Numbered from the stretch's first letter, positions 38,184 through 48,900 are shown. The stretch is 64,000 nt of DNA from Thermoanaerobaculia bacterium (GCA_038214715.1 JBBQRP010000021.1:2126-66125); one strand, 5' to 3'. A program made the numbers and translations. Notes: generated from the letters alone by a model not told the origin.

Positions 38184-38539
38184 CGGCCCTCTTCGACGTC
38201 CGCCGAAAAGACGAAGTCCGGCTCGTCCGCGTTCGTGAGCGCGACCTTCCTCATCGCATCGGCGCCTTTGAGGCGGCTATCGAGCGTCTTCGCAATTTCC
38301 GAAAGCTGCTCGCCCGAGAGGTTCCGGCCCCAGCGGATCCTGACCACTTCCGTGAGCGCCTCGGCAGCGGAGGACGGGGCCTCGGGAGTGGGAGCCGGAG
38401 CGGGGGTCGGAGACGGCCTTGGCGGCGTCTGGCCGAGGGCGGCTCCGGCGCCCACGAGGGTGGGAGCGGCGGCCGCGAGCGCAAGGCTCTTCGCGAATCC
38501 GCGGCGCGAGGGTGAGGTCAGCCGATTGGGATCGGACAT
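38180..38539 (-). CDS. Small Tat-signal GatC/AtzG-like partner protein
   Basis: SRRGFAK Tat motif, Pro-rich linker, helical domain ending LTNADEPDFVF; GTGA-coupled to the amidase; RBS GGAGG. Confidence 0.7.
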   Translation of the reverse strand: MSDPNRLTSPSRRGFAKSLALAAAAPTLVGAGAALGQTPPRPSPTPAPAPTPEAPSSAAEALTEVVRIRWGRNLSGEQLSEIAKTLDSRLKGADAMRKVALTNADEPDFVFSADVEEGR

Positions 38540-38696
38540 TTGTCGCCTCCGTCAGAGATTTCGGGAGCGGTCAATCTATCTTGATTCGACGAGACCCGCT
38601 CTCCATACCTCGCGCGCGATGCCGAAGATCCGCGAAGTGGGCGGCAGCTTCGGCGCGGCGGCAAGGCCGGAGCCAAGAAGCGCCCAGGCCGGAGGG

Positions 38697-41147
38697 TCAG
38701 TAAAGCAGGAACGGCGTCCTTCGCGTCTCGAACTCCATCGTACCGGCGGCCCATGCACCGGCGATCTCGCCGGCCGTCTCGCCGCGCTGGAAGCGGGCGA
38801 GGGCGGCGGCGTTCACGAGGAGGCGGCTGAGCCTTTCGGATTTCCAGTCCTTCAGGTGGAGATCGCGGAGAGCGGTTGCCACGTGGAATCCGAGCAGGAC
38901 CGCGTTCAGCGCGTCGCGGTTCACGACCGTGATGCGGAAACCCGAGCATTTCTCGCCCTTGAAGACGGACGAGGCCGGAGTGAACGTGACGGGCGTAAAG
39001 CGTACGCCCGCGATCCCCCGCGCGTTAAGTGTCATGGCGACCCGCGGCCCGTCCATCCATGGAGCGCCGAGCTGCTCGAACGGCGCGTCCGTCCCGCGGC
39101 CCACGGAGACGTTCGTCGTCTCGAGGAGGCCGATTCCGGGGTAGAGAGCAGCCTCCGTGACAGAACGCAGGTTCGGCGACGGGTTCACCCACGAAAGCCC
39201 CGTCTCGTCGTACCAGAGGTCGCGGGCATAGCCGGACATCTTCACGACCGTGAGGTCTGCGCCGATCTTCCTCTCGGCATTGAAGAGACCGGCCAGCTCG
39301 CCGATCGTCATCCCCGTGCGGATCGGAATGGAGTGGTATGCGACGAACGTGAGAGCGTCTGCGTCCGCAGGTGGGCCTTCCGTGACGTCCGCGCGTATTG
39401 GGTTGGGCCGGTCGAGGACGACGACCTTGACCTTCGCTCTCGCCGCCTCCTCGAGGACGTATCCGAGGGTCGTGAGGTACGTGTAGAAGCGGCAGCCGGC
39501 GTCCTGCAGGTCCACGACGAGAGCATCGAGGCCGGCGAGGTCCGCGGCCGAAGGCCGCCTCGACCCGGGCGTGTCGCCGTAGAGCGACCGCACGTGGAGG
39601 CCGGTCCTCTCGTCGACGGAGTCCGAGACTTCTTCGTCCAGGGTGCCGCGAATCCCATGCTCGGGAGAGAAGAGCTTCGAAAGAGTCACTCCCGCGGCCC
39701 GAGCCTTCTCCGAATTGAGCACGTCGATCGTGGACCTTCCGTCCCTCGTGAGCCCGGTGTGATTGGTCAGGAGCGCGATGCGCATTCCAGCCAGCTGCTT
39801 GAAGGAATTCTCCTCGAGTGTGTCGATGCCGGGCCGGACCTGACCCAGGACGCGCGCCGGCGCAGCCGCTGACACTTTCGCCTTCGAAGAAGGCGCCGAA
39901 GGCGCGCTCGCACTCCTCGCGCCGGACGCCATGGAGCCCACCGCGGCCAGCAGCGCGGTCTCCTCCGAAGCCCTTCTAAGCTCTTCCGGCCTTCTGTCCG
40001 TAATTGCCGAAGCCACGATCGTCGCGACCTTTCCGCGCAGCGCGACGACGTTGCCCGACTCGTCCGGGTGATTGCGGTTCGTCAGAAGAATCACGAACGT
40101 GTCCGTCGCGGGGTCGAGCCACATCGAAGTGCCGGTCCATCCCGTGTGTCCGACCGAACCGAGGGGAAAAAGGTCCCCACGGTTCGACGAAAACGAGCTC
40201 CCGACGTCCCAGCCGAGGCCGCGCAGGACGCCGTCCCCGTAGAAGCGGGGCCGCATCATCGACGCGACGCCCGCGGGCGACAGGACGCCGCCGCCGTCCT
40301 TGAGCATCGCCGCGCAGAAGCGGGCGAGATCGTCTGCCGTCGAAAAGAGTCCCGCGTGCCCCGCGACACCCCCGAGCGCGTACGCGCGCGGGTCGTGGAC
40401 GGCGCCGCGGCGCACGACTCCGTTGATCTTCTCGGTTGGCGCGATGCGCGAGAGAGGAGGAGAAAAGGAAGAAATTTTCTTAGAAGGTGAAGAGAGAGGG
40501 AGAAAGCCCGTGTCCTTCATCCCGAGCTGCTCGAAGATGCGTTTCGCCGCGTATTCGTCGAGGGGCTGGCCCGAGACCTTGCGCACGAGCTCGCCGAGGA
40601 CTTCGTACCCGACGTCGGAGTACACGAAGCGCGCGCCGGGCAGATTCGCGAGAGGCTGCTTGTATTTCCTTTCGAAGATTTCTTCTTTCGTTCCCGTGTA
40701 GAGCGACATTGGGTCGTCCGGTGCCAGTCCCGCACGGTGCGTCAGGAGCTCCTCCACCGTCACCTGGTCCCGCGCGCCTCCGCCGGAGGCGAATTCGGGA
40801 ATGTGCTTCGCGACGCGATCCTGAAGGCGGACCCTTCCGTCCTCGACGAGCGTCAGGACGCTCGTCGCCGTCGCGACGACCTTCGTGAGAGATGCCATGT
40901 CGAAGACCGTGTCGACGGTCATGGCCTCCACGCCCGGGGAAACCGCCCGGTTTCCGTACGCCTTTCGGAACACGACGTTGCCGCGACGGCCGACGAGAAC
41001 GACCGCGCCGGGGCACTCCTTGTTCCGGATCGACTCTTCGACCACACGGTCGAGGGCACGCAGCCGGTCGGCTGACATCCCAGCGGTCGCGGGAGGCGCG
41101 AGCGCGAGCGCCGCCGCCTGCGCGGCCGCCAGAAAAACTGCCGTCAC
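38697..41147 (-). CDS. namZ: Fusion of beta-lactamase-like serine hydrolase (AmiE-like) and exo-beta-N-acetylmuramidase NamZ (DUF1343)
   Basis: True start GTG 41147. SLTK (SxxK), YSD, GHTG, then FSPEHG, DLQDAGCRFYTY, LDRPNP, WVNPSPNL. Confidence 0.88.
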   Translation of the reverse strand: MTAVFLAAAQAAALALAPPATAGMSADRLRALDRVVEESIRNKECPGAVVLVGRRGNVVFRKAYGNRAVSPGVEAMTVDTVFDMASLTKVVATATSVLTLVEDGRVRLQDRVAKHIPEFASGGGARDQVTVEELLTHRAGLAPDDPMSLYTGTKEEIFERKYKQPLANLPGARFVYSDVGYEVLGELVRKVSGQPLDEYAAKRIFEQLGMKDTGFLPLSSPSKKISSFSPPLSRIAPTEKINGVVRRGAVHDPRAYALGGVAGHAGLFSTADDLARFCAAMLKDGGGVLSPAGVASMMRPRFYGDGVLRGLGWDVGSSFSSNRGDLFPLGSVGHTGWTGTSMWLDPATDTFVILLTNRNHPDESGNVVALRGKVATIVASAITDRRPEELRRASEETALLAAVGSMASGARSASAPSAPSSKAKVSAAAPARVLGQVRPGIDTLEENSFKQLAGMRIALLTNHTGLTRDGRSTIDVLNSEKARAAGVTLSKLFSPEHGIRGTLDEEVSDSVDERTGLHVRSLYGDTPGSRRPSAADLAGLDALVVDLQDAGCRFYTYLTTLGYVLEEAARAKVKVVVLDRPNPIRADVTEGPPADADALTFVAYHSIPIRTGMTIGELAGLFNAERKIGADLTVVKMSGYARDLWYDETGLSWVNPSPNLRSVTEAALYPGIGLLETTNVSVGRGTDAPFEQLGAPWMDGPRVAMTLNARGIAGVRFTPVTFTPASSVFKGEKCSGFRITVVNRDALNAVLLGFHVATALRDLHLKDWKSERLSRLLVNAAALARFQRGETAGEIAGAWAAGTMEFETRRTPFLLY

Positions 41148-42937
41148 GGCCGGTCCGCCGGCTCCGCCGCGACGATCGCGCGCAGCTCCTCTGCGGTGCG
41201 GTAGACGCCGCCACGGACGACGCCCCTGACGGAGCGGACGTTCGCGATGGTGACGGAGGGATCCTTCGCGAAGACGACGAGATCGGCGAGCTTGCCTTTC
41301 TCGACGGTCCCGATCTCCTTCTCGCGCGAGAGGGCGAGGCTGCCGCCCCGCGTCGCCGCGACGAGAACCTGCATCGGCGTCATCCCCGCCGCCTGCATGG
41401 CCTCCATCTCGGCGTACGCCGACGGCCCGTGAAGAGTGCCGGGATTCCCCGCGTCCGTGCCCATCGCGACGGGGAGGCCCGCGTCGACGACACGCTTGAG
41501 GTTCGTGCGCCCGACTTCGGCGAGCGTCGCGGCCCGGACCTCGCGCTCGCGCACCTTCGAAGCGACGGACGAGGGGTCGATCTCGGGCGTCGCGGCGAGC
41601 CGCGCGCGCGTGGAAGGGTCGACGCAGCCGTTCGGGTCGTCGAAGGAGAGGGCCGTGCCCCGGGCGGCGGCCTTCGCGAGCGCGACGTAGCCGTCGATCA
41701 CGACGAGAGTCGGGTTGTAGATCGCACCGCTCTTCTTCAGGAGGTCGAGAAACTCGTCGTCGACGAGCCTGTCCGAGACGCCATGGACGAGGAGCGAAGC
41801 CCCCGCCCTGAGTGCGACCTTCGCCTCGGCGAGCCCCGTCGCGTGCACGATGAGGGGGAGTCCCCGCTTTTTCGCCTCGGCGCCGGCCGCGAGGACGGCG
41901 GGCTCGGAGGCCTCTACGGACCGGTCGGCCGTGACGACGTACCAGACTTTCACGGCCTGAGCGCCCCGCGATGCGAGGTAGGAGACGGCGGTCTTCGCCG
42001 CGTCGGCGTCCTTGAGGAAGATGAACTGCCTTTCCGCGGGAAGATTCATCCAGAAGTCGATGGTCGAGAGCAGGGGACCGGCGGCGCGCACGCGGGGCGC
42101 GAGCGAGTCGTTCTCCGCGCGGGAGGGGAGGTCGAGCGACCACGCGTATCCGCCTACGTCGAAGACGCTCGTGATTCCCGAGCAGACGTACGAGCGGAAG
42201 AACCTTTCGGGTCGCGTGCGGAGATCCTTCTGGACGTCCTCGTACGGATGCTTCGTGCGCACGTCGAAGGCGTCGGGGCGGCCGTCCGCCCAACCAGTCT
42301 GACTGAAATGGACGTGGGCGTCGACGAGGCCGGGGGACAGGAAGGACCCCGAGAGGTCGGTGACGCCGACGCCCCGCGGAACGGGACAGGCCGAGCGCGT
42401 GCCCGCGCAGTCGATCCGCCCGCCGCGGACGACGACGACCGCGTCCGCCACGGGAGGACCTCCCTTCCCGTCGAGGAGCGTCGCCCCGGTGAACGCGCGC
42501 GGCGGCGGCGGGGTCCCGGACGGAGCCTCGAAGGCGGACGTCACGGCTATCCTCCAGCCCTTCGCACCCTTCACGAAGAGGCGCTCGGAGATGCCGGACT
42601 GCTCGTCGCCTCCGTAGCGCACGCGGTACCTGTACGTTCCGTAGACGACGCCCTCCCGGACGGGAACGAGCTGGAGGTCCGAGGCCTCGAGCGTGTCGGG
42701 CCACTTCGTCCCGGCCTGCTTCACGAAGTCCACGAAGCCCAGGGCGGGACCGTCGGGCGACGTGCGCACGAGCCGCTCCGAATCGAGATAGCAGTCGAGG
42801 TACGCCGCCTTGTCGCGGTGCTGGATCGCCGCGAGGTTTCTCTCGAAGAGCGCGCGCGCCTCGTCGACGTCCGAGGCGAGGGCGGATAGCGACGCGCAGG
42901 CCGCGCATGCGACCAGGAGCAGGCGAAGTCGTCTCAT
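41144..42937 (-). CDS. Secreted amidohydrolase with N-terminal SnoaL/NTF2-like domain
   Basis: ATG 42937, signal peptide, NTF2-like segment ending GWRIAV, then PGLVDAHVH, MGTDAG, GKLADLV. Confidence 0.85.
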   Translation of the reverse strand: MRRLRLLLVACAACASLSALASDVDEARALFERNLAAIQHRDKAAYLDCYLDSERLVRTSPDGPALGFVDFVKQAGTKWPDTLEASDLQLVPVREGVVYGTYRYRVRYGGDEQSGISERLFVKGAKGWRIAVTSAFEAPSGTPPPPRAFTGATLLDGKGGPPVADAVVVVRGGRIDCAGTRSACPVPRGVGVTDLSGSFLSPGLVDAHVHFSQTGWADGRPDAFDVRTKHPYEDVQKDLRTRPERFFRSYVCSGITSVFDVGGYAWSLDLPSRAENDSLAPRVRAAGPLLSTIDFWMNLPAERQFIFLKDADAAKTAVSYLASRGAQAVKVWYVVTADRSVEASEPAVLAAGAEAKKRGLPLIVHATGLAEAKVALRAGASLLVHGVSDRLVDDEFLDLLKKSGAIYNPTLVVIDGYVALAKAAARGTALSFDDPNGCVDPSTRARLAATPEIDPSSVASKVREREVRAATLAEVGRTNLKRVVDAGLPVAMGTDAGNPGTLHGPSAYAEMEAMQAAGMTPMQVLVAATRGGSLALSREKEIGTVEKGKLADLVVFAKDPSVTIANVRSVRGVVRGGVYRTAEELRAIVAAEPADRP

Positions 42938-42960
42938 GCGGGGATTATCCCCGCGACGGG

Positions 42961-45129
42961 TCAGGACACCCGTTTCAGAACGAAGAGTGCCGCGGCGACG
43001 AGGGCAAGGCCGAGGAATGCGAGCATCGCGTCGGAGAGAGCGGGGACGCTGCTCGCCGGGCCGGGAGGTCCGCCGGGAGCCGGGGTGGGCGTGATCGTGG
43101 GCGTCGTCGTAGGGAGGGGAGAGGCGGTCGCCGTGGGCGTCGGAGTGGGAGTGGGCGTCGGCGCGCCGCCGGAAAGAAGACAGGCCGAGAACTCCGAGGT
43201 GTTGCCGCCCGGATCCGTCGCGGTGGAGGTGATGACCGTCTGACCGGGCGGGATCGCAAGCGGGGGAGAGGTGAAGTTCGCGCCACAGAAAGCGTCCGTC
43301 GTAACGTTCATGAAACCCAGGAAGGTCCGGCCATCGCCGTTGCCCGAGGGAGTACAGGCCGTCCCCGAGAAGAACTCGACGCGGAAGGTCGTGCTGGCGG
43401 TGCTGTTGAGGGTGCCCGAGATCGTGACGCTGCCCCCGGCGATGGGCGCCGCGGTGATCACAGGGAAGTTTTGCAGGTTGTTCGGCCCGGTGTCGGCGTC
43501 GCATGAATCATTCGCAGTCACGCCGTCGTCGTTGAGATCGATCGGGGGACGATTGCTGGCGGGATCCGTGTCGTTACCGAACATCGAGTTGCCCAGAATC
43601 GTGGCGTGGGCGGTATTCTTGACCACGATTGCAGCGTTGAAACTGTAGGCAATTACGTTGCCCTGTCCGGCTCCGGCGCCGCCGATGGTGGCGACGGCAT
43701 CGTTGTCCACACGAAGGGCGTTGTTCTGGTTGCCCAGCGCCGTGACGCCGTCCGCGGCTGTGCCGAAGTAGTTGCCCTGGACGGTGACCGTCCCGCCGAA
43801 GATACCGACACCGGCGCCCTTGGTTGAAATCACGTTTCGGGCCCCGGCCGAGGTTCCGCCGATCGTGGCCGAGCCGCCGACCGATATGCCGACGCCGCCG
43901 CCGAAGAAGCCCGTGGCGCCGGGTGCCAGAACCGTGCCGGTAATGTCGGTGCCGATGTAGTTGCCCTGCACCGTCAAGCCGAGGGCATTGCTGACGATGC
44001 CAGTGATCCTGTTGTTGTAGATGACGTTGCGAGAGCCAGCGGCGGTTCCGCCAATCAGCAGGACGCTGCTGCCGGAGGTAACACTATTCAGGTTGATACC
44101 GCTCACGCCATTCCACAAGGCCGTTGCTCCGGTCGCATCGAGGCCGATGATGTTGCCTTGAATGGTGAGGCCGCCGCCGGGGCGCGAGGCAATGTAGATC
44201 CCGTCGCTGTTGATGCCGCCGTTGCTGCTGTTGCCGGAGATCACGTTGCCCGCGCCGGTACCGGGAACAGGGGTGAGGCCACCGATCGTGATGTCGGAGA
44301 GAGCGGAGCCGATCACGTATATCCCCGCGCCGAGGCCGAGCGGCGCGCTGCCGGCCGCATTGGTGCCGATGTAGTTGCCCTGAACCCGCGTTCCAGACTG
44401 AGCTGTCTGGACGAGAATGCCGCCGCCGCCGCCCGCGGAGAGCTCCGTGTTGTTTCCAGAGAAAAGGTTCCGGTCCGCGGTCGTCGTGCCGCCGACCAGA
44501 TTGTTGGCGCCCGCTTCGATGCTGACTCCGTAACCGAAGTTCGCAAGGCCCGCGCTTCCGGTGGCGTTGCTGCCGATGAAGTTCCCGGCAACCACGTTGT
44601 TGTCGGAACCGAGCCGGATGCCGCTGCTCCCAAGGAATGCGCCGGCGTTCGACCCAAAGCGGTTGACGACGAGCCCGCGCACCGTGCTGCTGCCCCCGCC
44701 GAGGTTGATGCCGATCGCTATACCGGTTGTGTTGGCGCCGTTGAGCTCGATCAGAAGTACGGCGTTGTTGCCGACGGCCAGAGTGTTCATGCTCGCGCCC
44801 GGCTGGGTGTAGCCGTTGATGAAGACCGGAGTGGTGATCGTCGGAAGAAACGAGGCCGGCGTGATCGTATGCACGCCCGCCCCGGCGATGTTGAAGGCGA
44901 TGGTGTCATTCGTCCCGTAGGCGCCCACCGCGACGACGTCTCCGTTCGTGTTCGCGCCTGCGTTGATCGACACGATGGCCTCGCGGAGAGTCACGACCCC
45001 GTCGACCGCGAGCGTGTCGCCCGTGCCTGTCACCGTGACGGTGGCGCCGTGGGTGGGCGGAGCGAGAAGGACGCCAAAGAGGAGGGCCGGGATCCAACGA
45101 GCGCCAGTCGGGATTCGCGGACGGGTCAT
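42961..45129 (-). CDS. Secreted parallel beta-helix surface protein with CSLREA-like N-terminus, PT linker and IPTL-CTERM-like sorting signal
   Basis: VTLREAI, repeated QGNYIGT.A.G and NVIS units, GPNNLQNFPVI, GNTSEFS, PTPTPT, VPALS+TM+KR; RBS GGAGG. Confidence 0.82.
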   Translation of the reverse strand: MTRPRIPTGARWIPALLFGVLLAPPTHGATVTVTGTGDTLAVDGVVTLREAIVSINAGANTNGDVVAVGAYGTNDTIAFNIAGAGVHTITPASFLPTITTPVFINGYTQPGASMNTLAVGNNAVLLIELNGANTTGIAIGINLGGGSSTVRGLVVNRFGSNAGAFLGSSGIRLGSDNNVVAGNFIGSNATGSAGLANFGYGVSIEAGANNLVGGTTTADRNLFSGNNTELSAGGGGGILVQTAQSGTRVQGNYIGTNAAGSAPLGLGAGIYVIGSALSDITIGGLTPVPGTGAGNVISGNSSNGGINSDGIYIASRPGGGLTIQGNIIGLDATGATALWNGVSGINLNSVTSGSSVLLIGGTAAGSRNVIYNNRITGIVSNALGLTVQGNYIGTDITGTVLAPGATGFFGGGVGISVGGSATIGGTSAGARNVISTKGAGVGIFGGTVTVQGNYFGTAADGVTALGNQNNALRVDNDAVATIGGAGAGQGNVIAYSFNAAIVVKNTAHATILGNSMFGNDTDPASNRPPIDLNDDGVTANDSCDADTGPNNLQNFPVITAAPIAGGSVTISGTLNSTASTTFRVEFFSGTACTPSGNGDGRTFLGFMNVTTDAFCGANFTSPPLAIPPGQTVITSTATDPGGNTSEFSACLLSGGAPTPTPTPTPTATASPLPTTTPTITPTPAPGGPPGPASSVPALSDAMLAFLGLALVAAALFVLKRVS

Positions 45130-45161
45130 GTGTCCTCCTCGGGCAAATCGAGCGAACCCGC

Positions 45162-45206
45162 AATCTAGGTGATCACCTGCCGCTTCTGCATAGCATGGGG
45201 ATGCGG
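45162..45206 (-). promoter_or_regulatory. Operator (CCGCAT-N4-ATGCta on the minus strand) and promoter of the surface-protein gene
   Basis: Motif at 45191-45206, followed 23 nt later by TAGATT (-10 at 45167-45162). Confidence 0.55.
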
Positions 45207-45250
45207 GAGCCGATTTCGGGGCGGAACAGCCTCGGAGCGGGGATGAAGCG

Positions 45251-45901
45251 TCATTCGATGAGGCGCCGACGCAGCCCCTTGCTTACCGCTTCCGAGCGGG
45301 AGTGGACGTGGAGCTTGTCGTAGATCGCCCTCACGTGGTCGCGCACCGTGTTGAGAGTGACCTCGAGGAGGTCGCCGGCCGAGCGGTAGCTGTGTCCGTC
45401 CGCGAGAAGGCGCAGGAGGCGGATCTCCTGCGCGGTGAGGAGGGGCCGGGGGCGCGCGGGACCCGGAAGCCCGCGGAACCGGCGGACGATGTGTCCCGCG
45501 ACCTCGGGAGAGAGAGGAGTGCCGCCGAGCCGCGCCTGCCTCACGGCCTCGAGGAGCTGAGCCGTGGGCGTCGTCTTCAGGAGATAGCCGCTCGCGCCGT
45601 TGCAGATCGATTCGAAGACCCGCTCTTCGTCCTCGTAGACCGTGAGCATGAGGACGCGCATCTCGGGGAATCTCTCCGTGAGGACGACGACGCCCTCGAC
45701 GCCCGACATTCCGGGGAGATGGATGTCGAGAAGGAGAACGTCGCACGGTGACGCTTCCAGACCGGGGATCGCCGCCTCCACGGAGGCATAGAGACCCACG
45801 CATCGCGTGTTCGGCGCGGCGTCGACGAGCGCGCCCAGACCCTCGCGCGTCAGGCGCTTGTCCTCCACGAGGGCCACCCGGGTGAGGCCGCGTTCGGTCA
45901 T
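45251..45901 (-). CDS. NarL/LuxR-family response regulator
   Basis: VED, LLDIHLPGMSG, GASGYLLK, HTH LT.QE..LL...GHSY...IYDKLHVHSRSEAV. Start 45901 or 45919. Confidence 0.93.
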   Translation of the reverse strand: MTERGLTRVALVEDKRLTREGLGALVDAAPNTRCVGLYASVEAAIPGLEASPCDVLLLDIHLPGMSGVEGVVVLTERFPEMRVLMLTVYEDEERVFESICNGASGYLLKTTPTAQLLEAVRQARLGGTPLSPEVAGHIVRRFRGLPGPARPRPLLTAQEIRLLRLLADGHSYRSAGDLLEVTLNTVRDHVRAIYDKLHVHSRSEAVSKGLRRRLIE

Positions 45902-45917
45902 CGTGTTCTTCGCGGTC

Positions 45918-45962
45918 ATCCTCTGCCCGCCTTCCGTCGTCCGCAACCGCATTACCATGCGG
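45918..45962 (-). promoter_or_regulatory. Perfect palindrome CCGCAT-N4-ATGCGG abutting a TTGCGG-N17-GAGGAT promoter of the response regulator
   Basis: Palindrome at 45947-45962, overlapping the kinase stop codon; same geometry as the site at 45191. Confidence 0.55.
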
Positions 45963-48900
45963 CACGGCGGGACGCCGCGACGAGGGGAACGCCGAGGAGA
46001 ATTCGCGTCCCGCCCCCGGGATGCGATTCGACCCGAAACTCCGCTCCGAGCGCGTCGGCGCGGGCGCGCATGCTCGCGAGGCCGTTTCCGGACGACCCTT
46101 TGACGGACGGCGACGCCTCCGACGGGTCGTCGAAGCCCTTGCCGTCGTCCTCGATCGTGATCGAGAGAGTGTTGGCGGACACACGGAAGCGCAGCACGGC
46201 CCGCGAACACTCCGAATGGCGGGCGATGTTCGTGACCGCTTCCTTCACGATCAGATAGATCTCGCGTCGCCTCTCCGGGCCCAGGGAAAGGCTTTCGAAC
46301 CGCTCCGGGGACTCGACCGTCCAGAAGACACCGCGGGCCTCCAGCGCGTTCGCGGCGAAGTGCCGGATCCTCTGGACGACGCTCCCGAGGTCATCTCTTC
46401 GCGGGTCCGTCGACCACACGATGTCTCCCATCGTGTCGACGAGGCGCCGGGCGGAGTTTCCGATCTCGATCAGCAAGGGCGCCCGCTCGCTCTCCCCGCG
46501 TTTTCCGGCCAGCTCGCTGAGGATCGCGATCTCCGAAAGGTCGGCGCCGATATCGTCATGCAGATCCGTGGCGACACGGATGCGCACGCGCTCGACGGCG
46601 AGAGCGCTTCGGAGGCGGTTGCGGTGCAGGACGTAGCCGAGCACGGTGGCCGCGAGAAGGGCGAGCAGGACGAACTCGGGCCGTCTCCAGAGAGGCGGGA
46701 GCACGGTAAAGCGAACTTCCGCCGCCATCGTCCCGACGGAGCCGTCGTTCGCGATCGCGCGCGCCTGAAACCGGTAGGCGTCGCCGGGAAGGCGCGCGAG
46801 GACGACGGAGCGCTTTTCCGAGGGAGCGCTCCAGCCGCGGTCGACGCCTACGAGCCGGTACTGGTAGCGGAGTCTTCCGCCGGGAGCGAAATCGATTCCG
46901 CCGAAATCGATCTCGAGAGGCGCCGCCTCGCGTGCCGCATCCGGGAGCGACACGAGAGAGTCGCCGAGAGGCGGCAGCGGCTGCGCGACGCCGTCGAGCG
47001 TGACGCGGGTGATTCGCACGTCAGTCGAGGCCCTCCGTTTCTCCCGCACGGGCTCGAGCCGCGAGAGGCCTTCGGAGGATCCGAACCAGAGCCCGCCCCC
47101 CGCGTCGCGGAAGGTGGTCATGATCTCGCCGGGCGCCAGCCCGTCGTCGGCGGTGAAGCGCTGGATGTTGTCGGACGCGGGATCGATCCGTTCGAGCCCG
47201 TGCTCGGTCCCGGCGTAGATCCGGCCGAAGCGGTCTTCCGCGAGAGACGACGCCGCGCTGCCCGTGAGACCCCGCACCTTTCCGAACGTCAGGAAACGCG
47301 GCGTCGCGTCGGCGGGCGCGTCGAGGCGCGCGACGCCGCCCCGGCTCGACGCGATCCAGAGCCGCCCGGCCGCGTCGACGAGGAGGGCCCGGACCGAGCC
47401 TCCCGGCAGCCCGTCCTTCTCGCCGAAGACATCCGTACGCCCCTCGCGGTGGCGCGCGAGCGCGCCCCCCTTGAATCCGATCCAGACGGCTCCGGCCGCG
47501 TCTTCGGCGAAGGCCATCGGGAGCGCGTCCGGGACCCCGTCCGCTTCCCCGTAGACCCGGATGGAATCCGACCGGCGATCCCAGCGCGCGAGGCGCCCGC
47601 TCTCGCCGGTGAGGAGCGAGATCCAGAGATCGCCGCGGCTGTCCTCGTAGAGGCGGAAGACCGAGTTCGACGGCAGCCCGTCGGCGGTCGTATAGACGCG
47701 GCGGGGCGGAACCGATTCGAGCCGATCGAGGGGGATCGCCGGAAAACGGAAGAGTCCGGAGAACGTCGGGACCCACCATTCGCCGGCGCGGTCCCGGCGC
47801 ATCATCTGCTGCCAGCCCCAGCCGAACTTGGTGCCCGCCGGAAGCCTGGGGCGGCCTGTGTGGAAACGCGTTCCGTCCCAGCACTCGAGATACCCGTCCG
47901 AGCCCGCGATCTCCTCGGGCGTCTTGCCTCGAGTGAACGCGCACGGCAGCGATCCGGGCCCCTCGAAGAGCGCTGTGACGCGGTCGCTCTTCATTCCGTC
48001 CCGGGCGCCGTAGCGGCGAAATCCGTCGCGCGCGAGGCGCATGAGGCCGGAATCGTCGCCGCCGATCCAGACGTTCCCGTCCCGGTCCTCCGCGAGCGAC
48101 CAGATGCCGAGGCCGGACAGCCCTTCGGCCTGCGTGTACGCGCGGACGGACCTTCGGTCGGGCGAGATCTCGGTCACGCCCCCATAGCTGGCCGCCCAGA
48201 GCCTCCCGTCGGACGTCTCGAGAAGTGCGGTCACGTTGTGGCCCGCGAGCCCGTCGCCCCGCGTGAGCTGGCGGAGCACGGATGCGCGCGCGCCGGCCCG
48301 CGGGGAGGAGAGCTCGAACAGACCGTCGAAGAAGGTCCCTGCCCAGACGGAGCCGTGCCGGTCCTCGACGAGAGTTCGCACGTGGGGCATTGCCACGCCC
48401 GGAAGCTCTACCCGCTCGGCCGCGCCGTTCGGCGCCTTCCGGTAGAGACCGTTCTCCGTCCCGGCCCACAGGAAGCCGGAACGGTCCTCGAGGAGGGAAA
48501 CCACACTGTCCCCGCCCTCGCCCGGATCGCGCCCGAGGCGAACCGGTAGCGCGTTCCATGCGCCGGCGGTTCGGTGGAGTGAAAACAGTCCGCGCGCGGT
48601 GCCCGCCCAGACGGCGCCGGAACGGTCCTGGACGAGAGCCTGGACATCGGCGACGGAGCCTTCCGGACCGAGCGCGACCGGCGCCAACGTCGCGTTGACG
48701 CGGGAGGCTTCCCAGCGCACGAGGCCCCTCGTGGTCGCGATCCAGTACGCGCCGTCGCGCGATTCCAGGAGCGCCTGGACGCTCGCAGAGGGCAGTCCGT
48801 CCTCGACCGAATAATTCGTGAAGCCGTAGCCGTCGAAAAGCGAGAGCCCGTCACCGGTGCCAAGCCAGAGGAAGCCGCGCGAATCGGCCAGGATGCACCG

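Noticed and set aside
36768-38539. gatCA of the Glu-tRNA amidotransferase
   Set aside because: No gatB nearby, the small protein has a Tat signal, and the amidase has GSET rather than the usual GatA GSDTGGSIRQP.
38581-38697. Possible plus-strand promoter and ORF start MPKIREV...
   Set aside because: No recognisable family; the frame runs on antisense into namZ.
38697-42908. 1403-aa ORF as one giant protein
   Set aside because: The first roughly 590 codons overlap the real amidohydrolase in another frame and are low-information. The true start is GTG 41147.
43080-43165. Short tandem repeats (gtgggc/gtggga)
   Set aside because: They encode the Pro-Thr linker of the surface protein; not CRISPR or a VNTR.
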